From Promethearchaeota archaeon (lineage in GTDB: Archaea > Asgardarchaeota > Lokiarchaeia > Sigyniarchaeales > SOKP01): 30,381 nt of DNA. Position numbers and translations under genes: made by a program. Positions 8,461-17,636 of this stretch are shown here, in pieces (within the stretch, counting starts at the first letter, position 1; each line of letters begins with the position of its first letter). The notes beneath the pieces are model-generated. The model was not told the origin of the DNA. It searched no databases and worked only from the letters and a program-made list of their open reading frames with translations. Where the stretch lies: the NCBI GenBank assembly GCA_048938445.1, contig JBHLME010000050.1:1-30381 (forward strand), in the 5' to 3' direction.

Positions 8461-8630
8461 ATTTATCTTTTTTTTTCTCTTTTTAATAGATTTTGCCAGA
8501 ATACATCAACGTGATAACTAAAAAAACTTATCTAATGCATTCCAACTCTCTTTCAATTTTAAATATCATAATGAATATAGTTTAATAAATTTAAATTTTT
8601 AAACATAAATTTTACAATAGGTTTACAAAA

Positions 8631-9035
8631 ATGGAAGTATTAAAAAAAAATGCAGATAAATTACATCAGATATACCTTATTGCTTGTTTAATCGCGTTCA
8701 TTTTGGTGTGTGCTGGCCTATTCTTATTCCCAAGACCTATCGCGGATAATTCAGTAGTCACATTTGCATATGCAGATGGATGGATACGTGAAATAGCCAT
8801 ATGGAATTTATCAATGATAATCATGATTATTTATGCTTTAAGAGCTAAAAATGAGCAGTTCAACATAGTAATAACAATAAGTATTATTACGATATCTAGC
8901 TTTTTTGCAATAAACCATTTAGTTGGGATGATAATTGCCCAAACTCTTGCTCTTGTTAATTTAAGTATTACAATTCTTAATCTAATTTCAGCAGTTTTGG
9001 GTATTGGATCACTTATTCTTATAAAACTTAAATAA
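8631..9035 (+). CDS. Small membrane protein (about 4 TM), divergent from the HxlR gene
   Basis: 134 aa, four hydrophobic segments, GWIREIAIWN motif. Confidence 0.7.
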   Translation: MEVLKKNADKLHQIYLIACLIAFILVCAGLFLFPRPIADNSVVTFAYADGWIREIAIWNLSMIIMIIYALRAKNEQFNIVITISIITISSFFAINHLVGMIIAQTLALVNLSITILNLISAVLGIGSLILIKLK

Positions 9036-9104
9036 TTATTTTGTTTAAAGTAGAAATTGATACAATTGGTTAAAAAATGAGTATATTGGAAGAAAGTCTG
9101 TAAT

Positions 9105-9914
9105 TTAAACTTCAATTCTATAAGGATGAGTATAAATATTCATTCTCGCACCTCTAACAAAACCAATTAATGTTGTACCATAAGCAAAAGCTAGTCTTAC
9201 ACCCGATTCAACAGCAGCAGATAATGATGCAATAATGGGGATCTTCGCCCGAATTGCTTTAAGAACTGAGTCTCCCGTTAATCGCCCTGTTGATGTTAAA
9301 AACTTTTGACTAAAATCTGATTTCTTCAACAATAAATCTCCAATTACCTTATCAATGGCATTATGTCGACCAATATCTTCTTTACATGATAATAATTTTC
9401 CATCAAAATCAAAAATGGCAGCACCATGACATCCTCCCGTTTCTCGAAATAGTTTCGTGTGTTTTTGCATTTCTATGATTGAGGAAAAAATAATATCTGC
9501 CTTGATTTTAACGTCATCTTTTTCTTTTGAATTCTTTTCAGAATCCTCAAGGGCTTTTTTAATCAGATTTCTCCAAGGTGATGAGATACCGCAAGTTGTA
9601 TCAATTACCCTACTAATTGGATTCATGGTTAAAATGTCTATATTAAATTCTACAATATCTTTTAATTTGACATCAACTACATTTTCTAATTCATCTATAT
9701 TGATCTCTTTGATATCTTTAGTTGAATTCACGATCCCTATAGAATATAAAAAACCCATTGCAAGTTCTTTTAGATCATTTGGCAAGCAAATAATATTGGA
9801 TAAAGGTTTTGAATTGACGTGTAAATCAACGGGTTGTTCGACAAGGATAGTATCTTGCATGTCGATAACTTCGTTTTTCTTGATTCGTTTAATGTTAACA
9901 GGGCGTTTAAACAT
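9105..9914 (-). CDS. fdhD: Formate dehydrogenase accessory sulfurtransferase FdhD
   Basis: ELAMGFLYS.G, TTCGI, FRETGGCHGAA, EDIGRHNAIDKVIG, TGRL, TLIGFVRG.RMNIYTHP.RI. Confidence 0.95.
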   Translation of the reverse strand: MFKRPVNIKRIKKNEVIDMQDTILVEQPVDLHVNSKPLSNIICLPNDLKELAMGFLYSIGIVNSTKDIKEINIDELENVVDVKLKDIVEFNIDILTMNPISRVIDTTCGISSPWRNLIKKALEDSEKNSKEKDDVKIKADIIFSSIIEMQKHTKLFRETGGCHGAAIFDFDGKLLSCKEDIGRHNAIDKVIGDLLLKKSDFSQKFLTSTGRLTGDSVLKAIRAKIPIIASLSAAVESGVRLAFAYGTTLIGFVRGARMNIYTHPYRIEV

Positions 9915-10067
9915 GACGAGATAATAATTTTAATGAGCTTTTATTAATGAATGTAAATAATGATTAATACAAAAATCTTCTCTCTAACTAAATATAAAAT
10001 TAAAAATGTAAAGAATATAAAATAGATTTAAATAGAAGTTTAAAATTAAAAGAGAAAAGAAATTTAC

Positions 10068-10919
10068 TTAGGCAGCGACATACAACCTGCCATTAGAACT
10101 ATTTGATACTTTTTGAGTAGCCTTATCAATTTTTGAATGGTTCTTTTCTACTGAATGATCTCCACTATATTCTATAAATTTTCCCTTGATTATTTCTCCG
10201 TTCATTAATTCAATTTCATTAACTTCACCGATTTTCTTATAAGAGGGTAGTATCTTCGATACTTTTCCCTTTACAACGACTGTTCCTCTAACTTGATCTG
10301 CTCCCACACCTCTATCACAATCACCTTCAACGATTATAGTCCCTCCGTGACTGTGAATTCCTAAAAAGGCCCCAGCACCACCACAGATTAGAGTAGGAAA
10401 TCTTTTCCCAGGTTTGGATCCACTTACCCATGATAAGGCTTCATGTCCAATATTCCCTTTCACCTTGATCACTCCGTTTTCCATTCCTTTCCAAAACCCT
10501 CTATAAGCAGCACCAACATAATTTCCTGCATTACCGGTAATCTCTAATTCTCCTCCTTTTAACATTGCTCCTGCCCAGTCACCAGCATTTCCATTCACTA
10601 GTATTTTTCCTCCTTTCATTAGAGATCCTACATGCATGCCAACATCACTATTTATCACAATTTCTCCACCAGTCATTTTTTCTCCTATTCTTTTCACGTT
10701 TGAAAGATCTCCATCAATAATGATTTTAGTATCGGCAATTTCACCAGCTTTTCCTGAAACGGTGAACAAATCTCCTATTGAAAGTTTTTCATTTCCACAA
10801 AAAATAGGCAATTTCTTTATATCATCAGCAGATTTTCCCGCAAAATTATCAGGTGTTATTGATTCAGCTTCTATTGGATAAACTTGAACTTTTTTTAACT
10901 TTAATTTTACATCTGCCAT
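10068..10919 (-). CDS. fwdC: Formylmethanofuran dehydrogenase subunit C
   Basis: PIEAESITPD, GXGXG beta-helix repeats (IGEKMTGG, VGSLMKGG, AGAMLKGG), GAAYRG. Confidence 0.93.
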   Translation of the reverse strand: MADVKLKLKKVQVYPIEAESITPDNFAGKSADDIKKLPIFCGNEKLSIGDLFTVSGKAGEIADTKIIIDGDLSNVKRIGEKMTGGEIVINSDVGMHVGSLMKGGKILVNGNAGDWAGAMLKGGELEITGNAGNYVGAAYRGFWKGMENGVIKVKGNIGHEALSWVSGSKPGKRFPTLICGGAGAFLGIHSHGGTIIVEGDCDRGVGADQVRGTVVVKGKVSKILPSYKKIGEVNEIELMNGEIIKGKFIEYSGDHSVEKNHSKIDKATQKVSNSSNGRLYVAA

Positions 10920-10920
10920 G

Positions 10921-12246
10921 TTATTTTTCCCCCTTTTTTTCTTTTACTTTATCAATCAAGAGCTGCAAAATTTCTGCATCAGTCAAGCATTCTCCAGGAG
11001 CATCTTTTACTTTCCTTAGCATTAATGGTACGTGATCCATTCGGTATGCTGTACCCTCACATTCAATTCCTGCAATGGCTGGAGGTAGGATGATGTCTGC
11101 AAAGGCTGAAGTAGGTGTCTCATGGGGTTCAATTGAGATTAATGGATGCTTAAACATGTTTCTGACCGATGCAGCTGGAAAGTTACTTGCAGGATCAGAG
11201 GCAACTATTAGTGAAGCATCGATTTCATCTTTTCTCAATACGTCGCATGAGGAAAATTCTCCTGGATTGTATCGGGGATAACCTTTTGAGAAATCAATTG
11301 AAAATGGATATCCTGTATTCCAGGTAAAAACAGTGTTCGCCCCACTCACGTTGTAATGTCCTCGCATGGCAGTGATCAAAAATTTTGTATAATCATTTAA
11401 CTCACGGGTTAAACAAATTGCAGCATCAATATTTCGATGATGAGCAAGTGTTTGAGTCAATCCCATACCAAAAAATATGACTCCAAATTTGCATGATTTT
11501 AGCTTATTAACAAGTTCCACAATTTGTTTTGTTGACACTCCTGAAACTTCTTGAGCATCGAGTTCTATACCTCTTACAACTGCTCTTATCGCATTAAGTA
11601 GCTCGTAGTCTTCATCGGGTTTTACTTGTAAGTGCAAGTCTGCTATTTGAGCTGTGTGTGTGTTTCTTGGATCTACCACGACAACATAACGATCATGACG
11701 TCCATCTTTTCTGAAATAGCCTCTTATGAATTCGCTATACCTTCCAAGATGTCTTGGATGAGCGTGAACGGGATTACACCCCCAGAAAACTACTAAATCT
11801 GCTCTATTTTTATACTCTCCTAAAGTTGAACTTGGAACACCTACATCTTGAACTGCCAATAATGTTGGACCATGACAAACTGAAGCAGTATTATCTAAAA
11901 TTCCCCCTAGGAGTTCAGCTAACTCAACGCCTTTTCCTTGTGCATGAGCTTCAGTGCTTGAAAATCCATAGAGTAATGGTCTTTTTGCTTTTACTAAAAT
12001 GTCTGCGGCTTTATCTATTCCATCATCCCAACTTACCTCTTTATGACCATCACCATCCTTAATGAGTGGTTTTGTGTACCTATGAGGGCTTGGATTTGAG
12101 GAGAAAAACTTTTTCGTGCCGATTTGACAACCATTCCTGACTTCAATGACTTTATTATCAACCACGTCAACTTCTAAATCATCACAAAGCGTTCCACAAA
12201 AAGGACAAACAACATCCTTGCACGTATTTATATTTTTTGATGCCAT
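10921..12246 (-). CDS. fwdB: Formylmethanofuran dehydrogenase subunit B (Cys form)
   Basis: CPFCGTLCDD, DNTASVCHGP (metal ligand is Cys), WGCNPVHAHPRH, MRGHYNV, YRMD. Confidence 0.95.
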   Translation of the reverse strand: MASKNINTCKDVVCPFCGTLCDDLEVDVVDNKVIEVRNGCQIGTKKFFSSNPSPHRYTKPLIKDGDGHKEVSWDDGIDKAADILVKAKRPLLYGFSSTEAHAQGKGVELAELLGGILDNTASVCHGPTLLAVQDVGVPSSTLGEYKNRADLVVFWGCNPVHAHPRHLGRYSEFIRGYFRKDGRHDRYVVVVDPRNTHTAQIADLHLQVKPDEDYELLNAIRAVVRGIELDAQEVSGVSTKQIVELVNKLKSCKFGVIFFGMGLTQTLAHHRNIDAAICLTRELNDYTKFLITAMRGHYNVSGANTVFTWNTGYPFSIDFSKGYPRYNPGEFSSCDVLRKDEIDASLIVASDPASNFPAASVRNMFKHPLISIEPHETPTSAFADIILPPAIAGIECEGTAYRMDHVPLMLRKVKDAPGECLTDAEILQLLIDKVKEKKGEK

Positions 12247-12248
12247 TA

Positions 12249-12644
12249 TCATACCTCTATTAATGTTTTTATTAATTCTAATGCATCTAAAACCTTTCCA
12301 GATTGAACTACTTCTACTTTTGCTTTCATTCCTTTAAAAGTAGGTGTTCCACAGGATTTCGAATCGGGATTTACTACTTGATTCGCCCAAGGCCCCATGG
12401 GGATGAAAATTACACCGGGATGAGGTCCCTCTTCTGAAATTGTAGAATAAACAACTACACTTCCATGATCTGTAATAATTTTTACAGGCGTTCCAACCAT
12501 GCATCCTAATTTTTTAAAATCATCTTTATCAAACATGCATATTCCAGCGGCACGAACATTTTCTTTCGTTGTTTTTGAACCCTCAAGGGCAACACCTTGC
12601 TGAATAGTTCGTCCTGTTAACAATATAACATCATTTAAACTCAT
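12249..12644 (-). CDS. fwdD: Formylmethanofuran dehydrogenase subunit D
   Basis: LLTGRTIQQG, FIPMGPWAN, GTPTFKG. Confidence 0.93.
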   Translation of the reverse strand: MSLNDVILLTGRTIQQGVALEGSKTTKENVRAAGICMFDKDDFKKLGCMVGTPVKIITDHGSVVVYSTISEEGPHPGVIFIPMGPWANQVVNPDSKSCGTPTFKGMKAKVEVVQSGKVLDALELIKTLIEV

Positions 12645-13360
12645 TATTTCTCACTCCTTGAATGTCTTCTCATTGTTTTTAATCGTTCTATTAGTTCTGG
12701 CCAAAATGGTTCATTAAACGTTCCTGAATATTTAACTTCTTTGATGTCTAAAACAACTGCACCAGTTGGACACGCATTATCGCAAGCACCACATCCCACA
12801 CACGACTCAGGATCGACAATTACATTAGGAGGATGCTCCCATCCTTTCTCGGCAGGTGGTGGGATTGTTATTGCTCCAGAAGGGCAGACTTCATAGCAAG
12901 TTCTGCATCCCCCTGCACATTCCTCATCAATTATCTTGATATCGGAATCAACATATTGCTTGACTACTTTTTCTACACCATTTTTATTCTTAATTTTCTT
13001 AGCCTGAAATTCCAATTTTGGAACAGCTTTTTGTTTAACGATTGGAATATCGTCCAAATTAAGTACCTCGCCATTAATTTTCAGAGTTAATGCCGAAAAG
13101 GGACAGCAAACGACACAAGTCCCACACATGACACATTTATTTGGATCGTAAACCTCAGGAATCAATCCAGTTGTATTGGAGAGTCTAATGGATGCCCCTA
13201 CTGGTCCTCTATGAACTGCACCTTTTGGACAAACGCGCCCACAGGTGCCACAACCCGTGCATTTACCCTTGTCCAAAATTAACTCCTGGGCTTGCGTGAG
13301 ATATTGAACTTTAACAATCTCTTCATTACCTATTATTTTTCTGCTAATTTTTGGAAACAT
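12644..13360 (-). CDS. fwdF: Polyferredoxin, FwdF-like (4 x [4Fe-4S] motifs)
   Basis: CTGCGTCGRVCP, CVMCGTCVVCCP, CAGGCRTCYEVCP, CVGCGACDNACP; inside the fwd operon. Confidence 0.75.
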   Translation of the reverse strand: MFPKISRKIIGNEEIVKVQYLTQAQELILDKGKCTGCGTCGRVCPKGAVHRGPVGASIRLSNTTGLIPEVYDPNKCVMCGTCVVCCPFSALTLKINGEVLNLDDIPIVKQKAVPKLEFQAKKIKNKNGVEKVVKQYVDSDIKIIDEECAGGCRTCYEVCPSGAITIPPPAEKGWEHPPNVIVDPESCVGCGACDNACPTGAVVLDIKEVKYSGTFNEPFWPELIERLKTMRRHSRSEK

Positions 13361-13397
13361 TCATCTTAACCTCTTATTTTATAAACATTAAAAAATT

Positions 13398-14114
13398 CTA
13401 TTTTTTTCTTTCATTTAATTTTAATCTTGATACGATATTATCCCAAAATGGGCTATTATAAGTGCCTGAATACTTAACATCAGTTATTTCAAGCGTTAAA
13501 GCTCCAGTTGGGCATGCATTATGACATGCTCCACATGCAATGCACTTATCATTATTGATAGTAAGTATGATTTCTGAATCCCATGTAATATCTCCTTGTT
13601 CACAAGACCACGTGATCGCACCTGAAGGGCAAGAATCTGCACAGTTTTTACACCCACCTGCACATAAATTAGTGTTTATCGTTACAAATCCCTCGGTATA
13701 TATGTTAGCTTTCTTTCCTGAATCTAGTGTTATAGTTTTAGATTCTAATTTTGGGAGTGCTTTCTGTTCAACTAATTGAATCTTGGAAACAGGAAGGGAT
13801 TCTCCATTTATTGATAAAGTTAATGCTTCAAAAGGACATAGATATGCACATGTTCCACAATAGACGCATTTTGATGGATCTCTCACGTTTGGAATTAAGA
13901 AATGGCGCACTTTTTTTATGATTTGCTTGTGGGAAAATCTAATAGGTTCATTGAGTTTTTGTTTTGAGATTGCCTCTTTAGGACATGCTCGGGAACAGAC
14001 TCCACATCCCACGCATTTTTCTTTATCAAGAATTAATTCCAGATTTTCTTTTAAGAATTGAACATTTACAGTTTCAAAATTATTCTCCTTCTTCCTCGAT
14101 ATTTTAGGAAACAT
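13398..14114 (-). CDS. fwdF: Polyferredoxin, FwdF-like tandem paralog (4 x [4Fe-4S] motifs)
   Basis: Same length (238 aa), same MFPKISRK start and same four-cluster layout as its neighbour. Confidence 0.75.
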   Translation of the reverse strand: MFPKISRKKENNFETVNVQFLKENLELILDKEKCVGCGVCSRACPKEAISKQKLNEPIRFSHKQIIKKVRHFLIPNVRDPSKCVYCGTCAYLCPFEALTLSINGESLPVSKIQLVEQKALPKLESKTITLDSGKKANIYTEGFVTINTNLCAGGCKNCADSCPSGAITWSCEQGDITWDSEIILTINNDKCIACGACHNACPTGALTLEITDVKYSGTYNSPFWDNIVSRLKLNERKK

Positions 14115-14136
14115 TTCTAATTAAGAACCTCTTTTA

Positions 14137-14397
14137 TCAAATTATTTGTTTTATTGACATATCAATGGCATTTTGGGGACATTCCTTGACACATACACCA
14201 CAGCCATCGCAATTTTGTTTTCTATCATCGATGAAAATTGGATAAGCCGTGCCATTTCTTACCAATAGGACAGCATTTTTAGAAGTTAATTGGCCATCAA
14301 TCTTTAACCTATTAAAATTAATGGGGCAGCTTACTACGCATACATTACATCCAGTACATAAAAATTTATTAATCTTAAGCGTGAAATCTTGAGACAT
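14137..14397 (-). CDS. fwdG: 2[4Fe-4S] ferredoxin, FwdG-like
   Basis: CTGCNVCVVSCPIN ... CDGCGVCVKECP, 86 aa, in the fwd operon. Confidence 0.75.
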   Translation of the reverse strand: MSQDFTLKINKFLCTGCNVCVVSCPINFNRLKIDGQLTSKNAVLLVRNGTAYPIFIDDRKQNCDGCGVCVKECPQNAIDMSIKQII

Positions 14398-14399
14398 TT

Positions 14400-14822
14400 T
14401 TATCCCTCCTGTCTTAGTGGATTTGGACCTAATTCCTTAATCGTGTGAACAAATTCATTAGCTACTTCCGTTAATTCTGCTCCTTCTGAAGCTGAAATTT
14501 GGGTATAATAAACTCTTTTAGGATTTATCCCGTATTGTTCCAAGTAGCGATGAAGTAATTTCATTTTCGCAAATGTTTTATAATTTCCTTCCACATAATG
14601 ACAATCACCCGCATGGCAATGTGAAACAAGTACACCATCCGCGCCATTCATTAAAGCATCCAAAACATGTTGTGGTTCCATTCTTCCCCCACACATCACA
14701 CGCATTATGCGTAAATTGGCTGGTCGTTGCATGCGCGAAGTTCCAGCCTGATCTGCGCCAGCATACGTGCACCAGTTGCAAAAAATAGCTAAAATTTTTG
14801 GATTAAACTCACTTACCGTCAT
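14400..14822 (-). CDS. mvhD: [2Fe-2S] hydrogenase delta subunit MvhD/VhuD (Cys form)
   Basis: FCNWCTYAGAD.AG, RVMCGGR, GADGVLV..CH.GDCHY.EGN, ISASEG, LGPNPL. Confidence 0.95.
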   Translation of the reverse strand: MTVSEFNPKILAIFCNWCTYAGADQAGTSRMQRPANLRIMRVMCGGRMEPQHVLDALMNGADGVLVSHCHAGDCHYVEGNYKTFAKMKLLHRYLEQYGINPKRVYYTQISASEGAELTEVANEFVHTIKELGPNPLRQEG

Positions 14823-15068
14823 GATTTTTCAATTTTGTAGTTTTAACGTTAATTAGTTTTCAGTTAATAATTTCATGAAATTGATTTGATAATAAGTATC
14901 ATTAAAAATTTATTAAAAAATTTGCCATGTAATTTGATATTTTACTCGCTTAAATAAAAAAATAAAAATTAATGGGAGAAAAATTAAGAAACAAGGGTGA
15001 TGTTAAATAATAGTAATTCTTTAATTTTTAATGTCAAATGAATGATATCAAGATGTTTTCCAATGTAG

Positions 15069-15410
15069 TTATAAATATGGAATGACACAGAGAAAAGCCA
15101 CAGTTTCCGCCCCTTCATTACTATAGCCATGAGGTTCATTTGGAGGAAAATAGATGACATCTCCTACTCGTGCTGCTATTTTTTCTCCTGCTTCATTGAT
15201 TAACTGACATGCTCCTTCCAAAATATAGATGTGATGTTCTTCTGGATGTGAATGAACTCCGATTTGACCTCCAGGTTGAATTTCAAAACGTCGAGTTGTA
15301 TAACGTGTCGATCCTTCTTCTTTAGTAATTAACCACCGAATGGTCGTTTTAGTGGAGTTTGCTTTAGTAACGACTTCTTCGGACACGTCAGTATAATGTT
15401 TCTTTATCAT
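15069..15410 (-). CDS. Cupin-domain protein
   Basis: PGG....HSHPEEH..YILEG and GDVIYFPPNEPHGYSN cupin motifs. Confidence 0.9.
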   Translation of the reverse strand: MIKKHYTDVSEEVVTKANSTKTTIRWLITKEEGSTRYTTRRFEIQPGGQIGVHSHPEEHHIYILEGACQLINEAGEKIAARVGDVIYFPPNEPHGYSNEGAETVAFLCVIPYL

Positions 15411-15481
15411 GAAAATAGAGTATTTTTAATGACAAATAAAATTAATCCTTCATAAATACGATCTTAATGAAAATAATGAAA

Positions 15482-15501
15482 ATATAAGTAAATACTTATA
15501 C
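15482..15501. promoter_or_regulatory. Palindromic operator upstream of the ArsR gene
   Basis: ATATAAGT-AAAT-ACTTATAC; same motif occurs twice more at 15963 and 15995. Confidence 0.7.
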
Positions 15502-15525
15502 TTCTTTTACTTATAGTTACTTAAC

Positions 15526-15885
15526 ATGACAGATTTTTTTGAAGGATTATCTGATATTTTTAAAGCTCTTTCTGATCCTACTAGACTCAAGATTTTTAGC
15601 TTGCTGATGTTTAATGATGAGGATAAACGTAAAGTAATCGATCTTGCAGAAAAAATCGGAATTTCACAACCAGCAGCAACCCAACATATTAATATCCTGA
15701 AGGATCAAAATCTTATTACACTAAAACGTGATAAGAATAGCAAGTATTACTATATTAATAGAAATAAATTTACAAATCTAAAAAATATCATTAATCAGGC
15801 ACTTGATTCGTCTATCATGAGGTGTACATTTAATGGTAAGTGTAGTGAATGTCCAAGACATAAATCTCACAATCACAAAATTTAA
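15526..15885 (+). CDS. ArsR/SmtB-family regulator with Cys/His-rich C-terminus
   Basis: FKALSDPTRLKI, LAEKIGISQPAATQHINIL; tail CTFNGKCSECPRHKSHNH. Confidence 0.92.
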   Translation: MTDFFEGLSDIFKALSDPTRLKIFSLLMFNDEDKRKVIDLAEKIGISQPAATQHINILKDQNLITLKRDKNSKYYYINRNKFTNLKNIINQALDSSIMRCTFNGKCSECPRHKSHNHKI

Positions 15886-15962
15886 CAAAAGGATTTATAA
15901 TACCTCTCCTCGATTAATTAAATCAATTGTGATTAGTTGACTATAATTAAAGTTAGGTTTAA

Positions 15963-16014
15963 ATATAAGTGATTACTTATATTAATTATAATCTATATAA
16001 GTTGTCACTTATAT
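15963..16014. promoter_or_regulatory. Two tandem palindromic operators upstream of the methyltransferase
   Basis: ATATAAGT-GATT-ACTTATAT (15963-15982) and ATATAAGT-TGTC-ACTTATAT (15995-16014), 32 bp apart. Confidence 0.75.
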
Positions 16015-16033
16015 TATTATATAAGATTAAATA

Positions 16034-16582
16034 GTGAGGTGTAGAACAATAGCTACTAAAAATGATAAAGCAATGCCTAATATTGGATTTAAAATGATGT
16101 CTGCATTATTTACTGTCAGAGACTTATTTAACGATCCTATGAAAAAGATAAAGAAAGCTAAAGTTTCAAGAGGACATCATGTTTTAGATTATGGATGTGG
16201 ACCTGGAGCCTACACTATTGCCGCTGCTAAAGTTGTTGGAGATTCAGGCAAAGTCTATGCTGCAGATATTCATCCGTTGTCTGCTAAAAAAATTAATGCA
16301 AAAGCGTTATCAATGAGATTAGAAAATATTGAGACTATCACAACTGATTGTTATATCGGTTTGGATGATGAATCTATTGATAGGATTCTCTGCTTTGACA
16401 TGTTTCACATGTTAAAAGAACCAAATAAAGTATTAAAAGAATTTCATCGTGTTATAAAACCTAACTCAATCCTTTCTTTAGATTGCCATCACTTAAATGA
16501 TATACAAAATAGAATAGAACAATCTAAATACTTTAAACTCGTGGATAAAATAGGTAAAACATTTAATTTTGAAAAATTATGA
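16034..16582 (+). CDS. Class I SAM-dependent methyltransferase (start uncertain)
   Basis: VLDYGCGPG, KVYAADI, L.DESID, LKEFHRVIKP. Confidence 0.9.
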   Translation: MRCRTIATKNDKAMPNIGFKMMSALFTVRDLFNDPMKKIKKAKVSRGHHVLDYGCGPGAYTIAAAKVVGDSGKVYAADIHPLSAKKINAKALSMRLENIETITTDCYIGLDDESIDRILCFDMFHMLKEPNKVLKEFHRVIKPNSILSLDCHHLNDIQNRIEQSKYFKLVDKIGKTFNFEKL

Positions 16583-16622
16583 AATATTTTTAACTCATTC
16601 ATAAAAAATTACATTAATCAGA

Positions 16623-17636
16623 TTAAATAATTTGATCTTTAATTGATTCGAGAACTCTATTTACTAAAATTTGGTTTGATTTAGTAAGATGTAGGTCTTT
16701 AAATTGTTTTGCTTTTATTCCGTTTGGAAACTTGCACATGACTACATTATCTAATAAGTCTCCATCATAGTTCAACATCGATCCAACATCATAGCCAACA
16801 ACTTTAAATTGGTTTTTGAGAGCTAACTTGATCGAATACCTTCCTAAATGAGTTGTAGGAATGCGCCATTCAATTAATCTCCATGATGAAAACTTTTCTA
16901 AAAGGTATTTAAGCGTGCTTTTTCTCAAGTATCCGCCAATTCTTACCATTCCTTTATACAAATCTTTCTGAACTTGGTAACTTTCGGTTCTAAATCCACT
17001 AAACTCATCAAAGATGATTCTATCATTTTTCATTTTTCGCAAGTTTTTATTTCTCATGAGGGAGTAAAAAAAGTAAATATCCTCATTATCAATGAGATGG
17101 ATTTCCTTTTGTCTTTTTTTCCATAAAGTATTGAGAATATTAACATACAAAATCGCAGGTTCCTCAATTCCATTTGTGCAAGGTTCACCTTTCGAAGCAT
17201 CAAATTTTCTCTTATTTGAAAAATTATTATAACTAGGAATGAATGCATATCCAATTCCACCCGATTTTTCAAGGAGTTTTTGAGATTTGATGTTAACAGC
17301 ACGCACGTCACTATCAAGCCTGACAACATTTTTAAACTCTGGTAATCGTAGAATGTGAATGATTCCTCCAGATCCTAATTTTGTAGATAATCCTTTTCCT
17401 TGATACTTTTTCTTAAGAACTGCTTTACAGGCAAATGCCGTGGTATATCTTTTTTCAATTAAACCTGTTCCACATATCTCAGGTTTTTTATTTATCTTTT
17501 CACATACAACCCAATAAATATTTTTTTCTGTTATTTTTTTACTTAGAGCTTCAACGTCATATACAAGGGGGTCCACGTAATATTTGGAATATTGCTCTCT
17601 ATATATTTTTGAAATGTATCTAGCATCTTCTGGCAT
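16623..17636 (-). CDS. GNAT-like N-acetyltransferase (true start lies further upstream)
   Basis: KYQGKGLS acetyl-CoA motif, N..SQKLLEKSG; the frame stays open 40 codons upstream and reads ...YGLRFA-MPEDA..I..IY. Confidence 0.65.
   Translation of the reverse strand: MPEDARYISKIYREQYSKYYVDPLVYDVEALSKKITEKNIYWVVCEKINKKPEICGTGLIEKRYTTAFACKAVLKKKYQGKGLSTKLGSGGIIHILRLPEFKNVVRLDSDVRAVNIKSQKLLEKSGGIGYAFIPSYNNFSNKRKFDASKGEPCTNGIEEPAILYVNILNTLWKKRQKEIHLIDNEDIYFFYSLMRNKNLRKMKNDRIIFDEFSGFRTESYQVQKDLYKGMVRIGGYLRKSTLKYLLEKFSSWRLIEWRIPTTHLGRYSIKLALKNQFKVVGYDVGSMLNYDGDLLDNVVMCKFPNGIKAKQFKDLHLTKSNQILVNRVLESIKDQII

Noticed and set aside
8513-8532. GATAA-N10-TTATC as an HxlR operator
   Set aside because: Only 5-bp arms, single copy, in AT-rich DNA; too weak to support.
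9457-14788. Plus-strand ORFs opposite fdhD, fwd genes and mvhD
   Set aside because: Antisense shadows of well-supported genes with no motifs.
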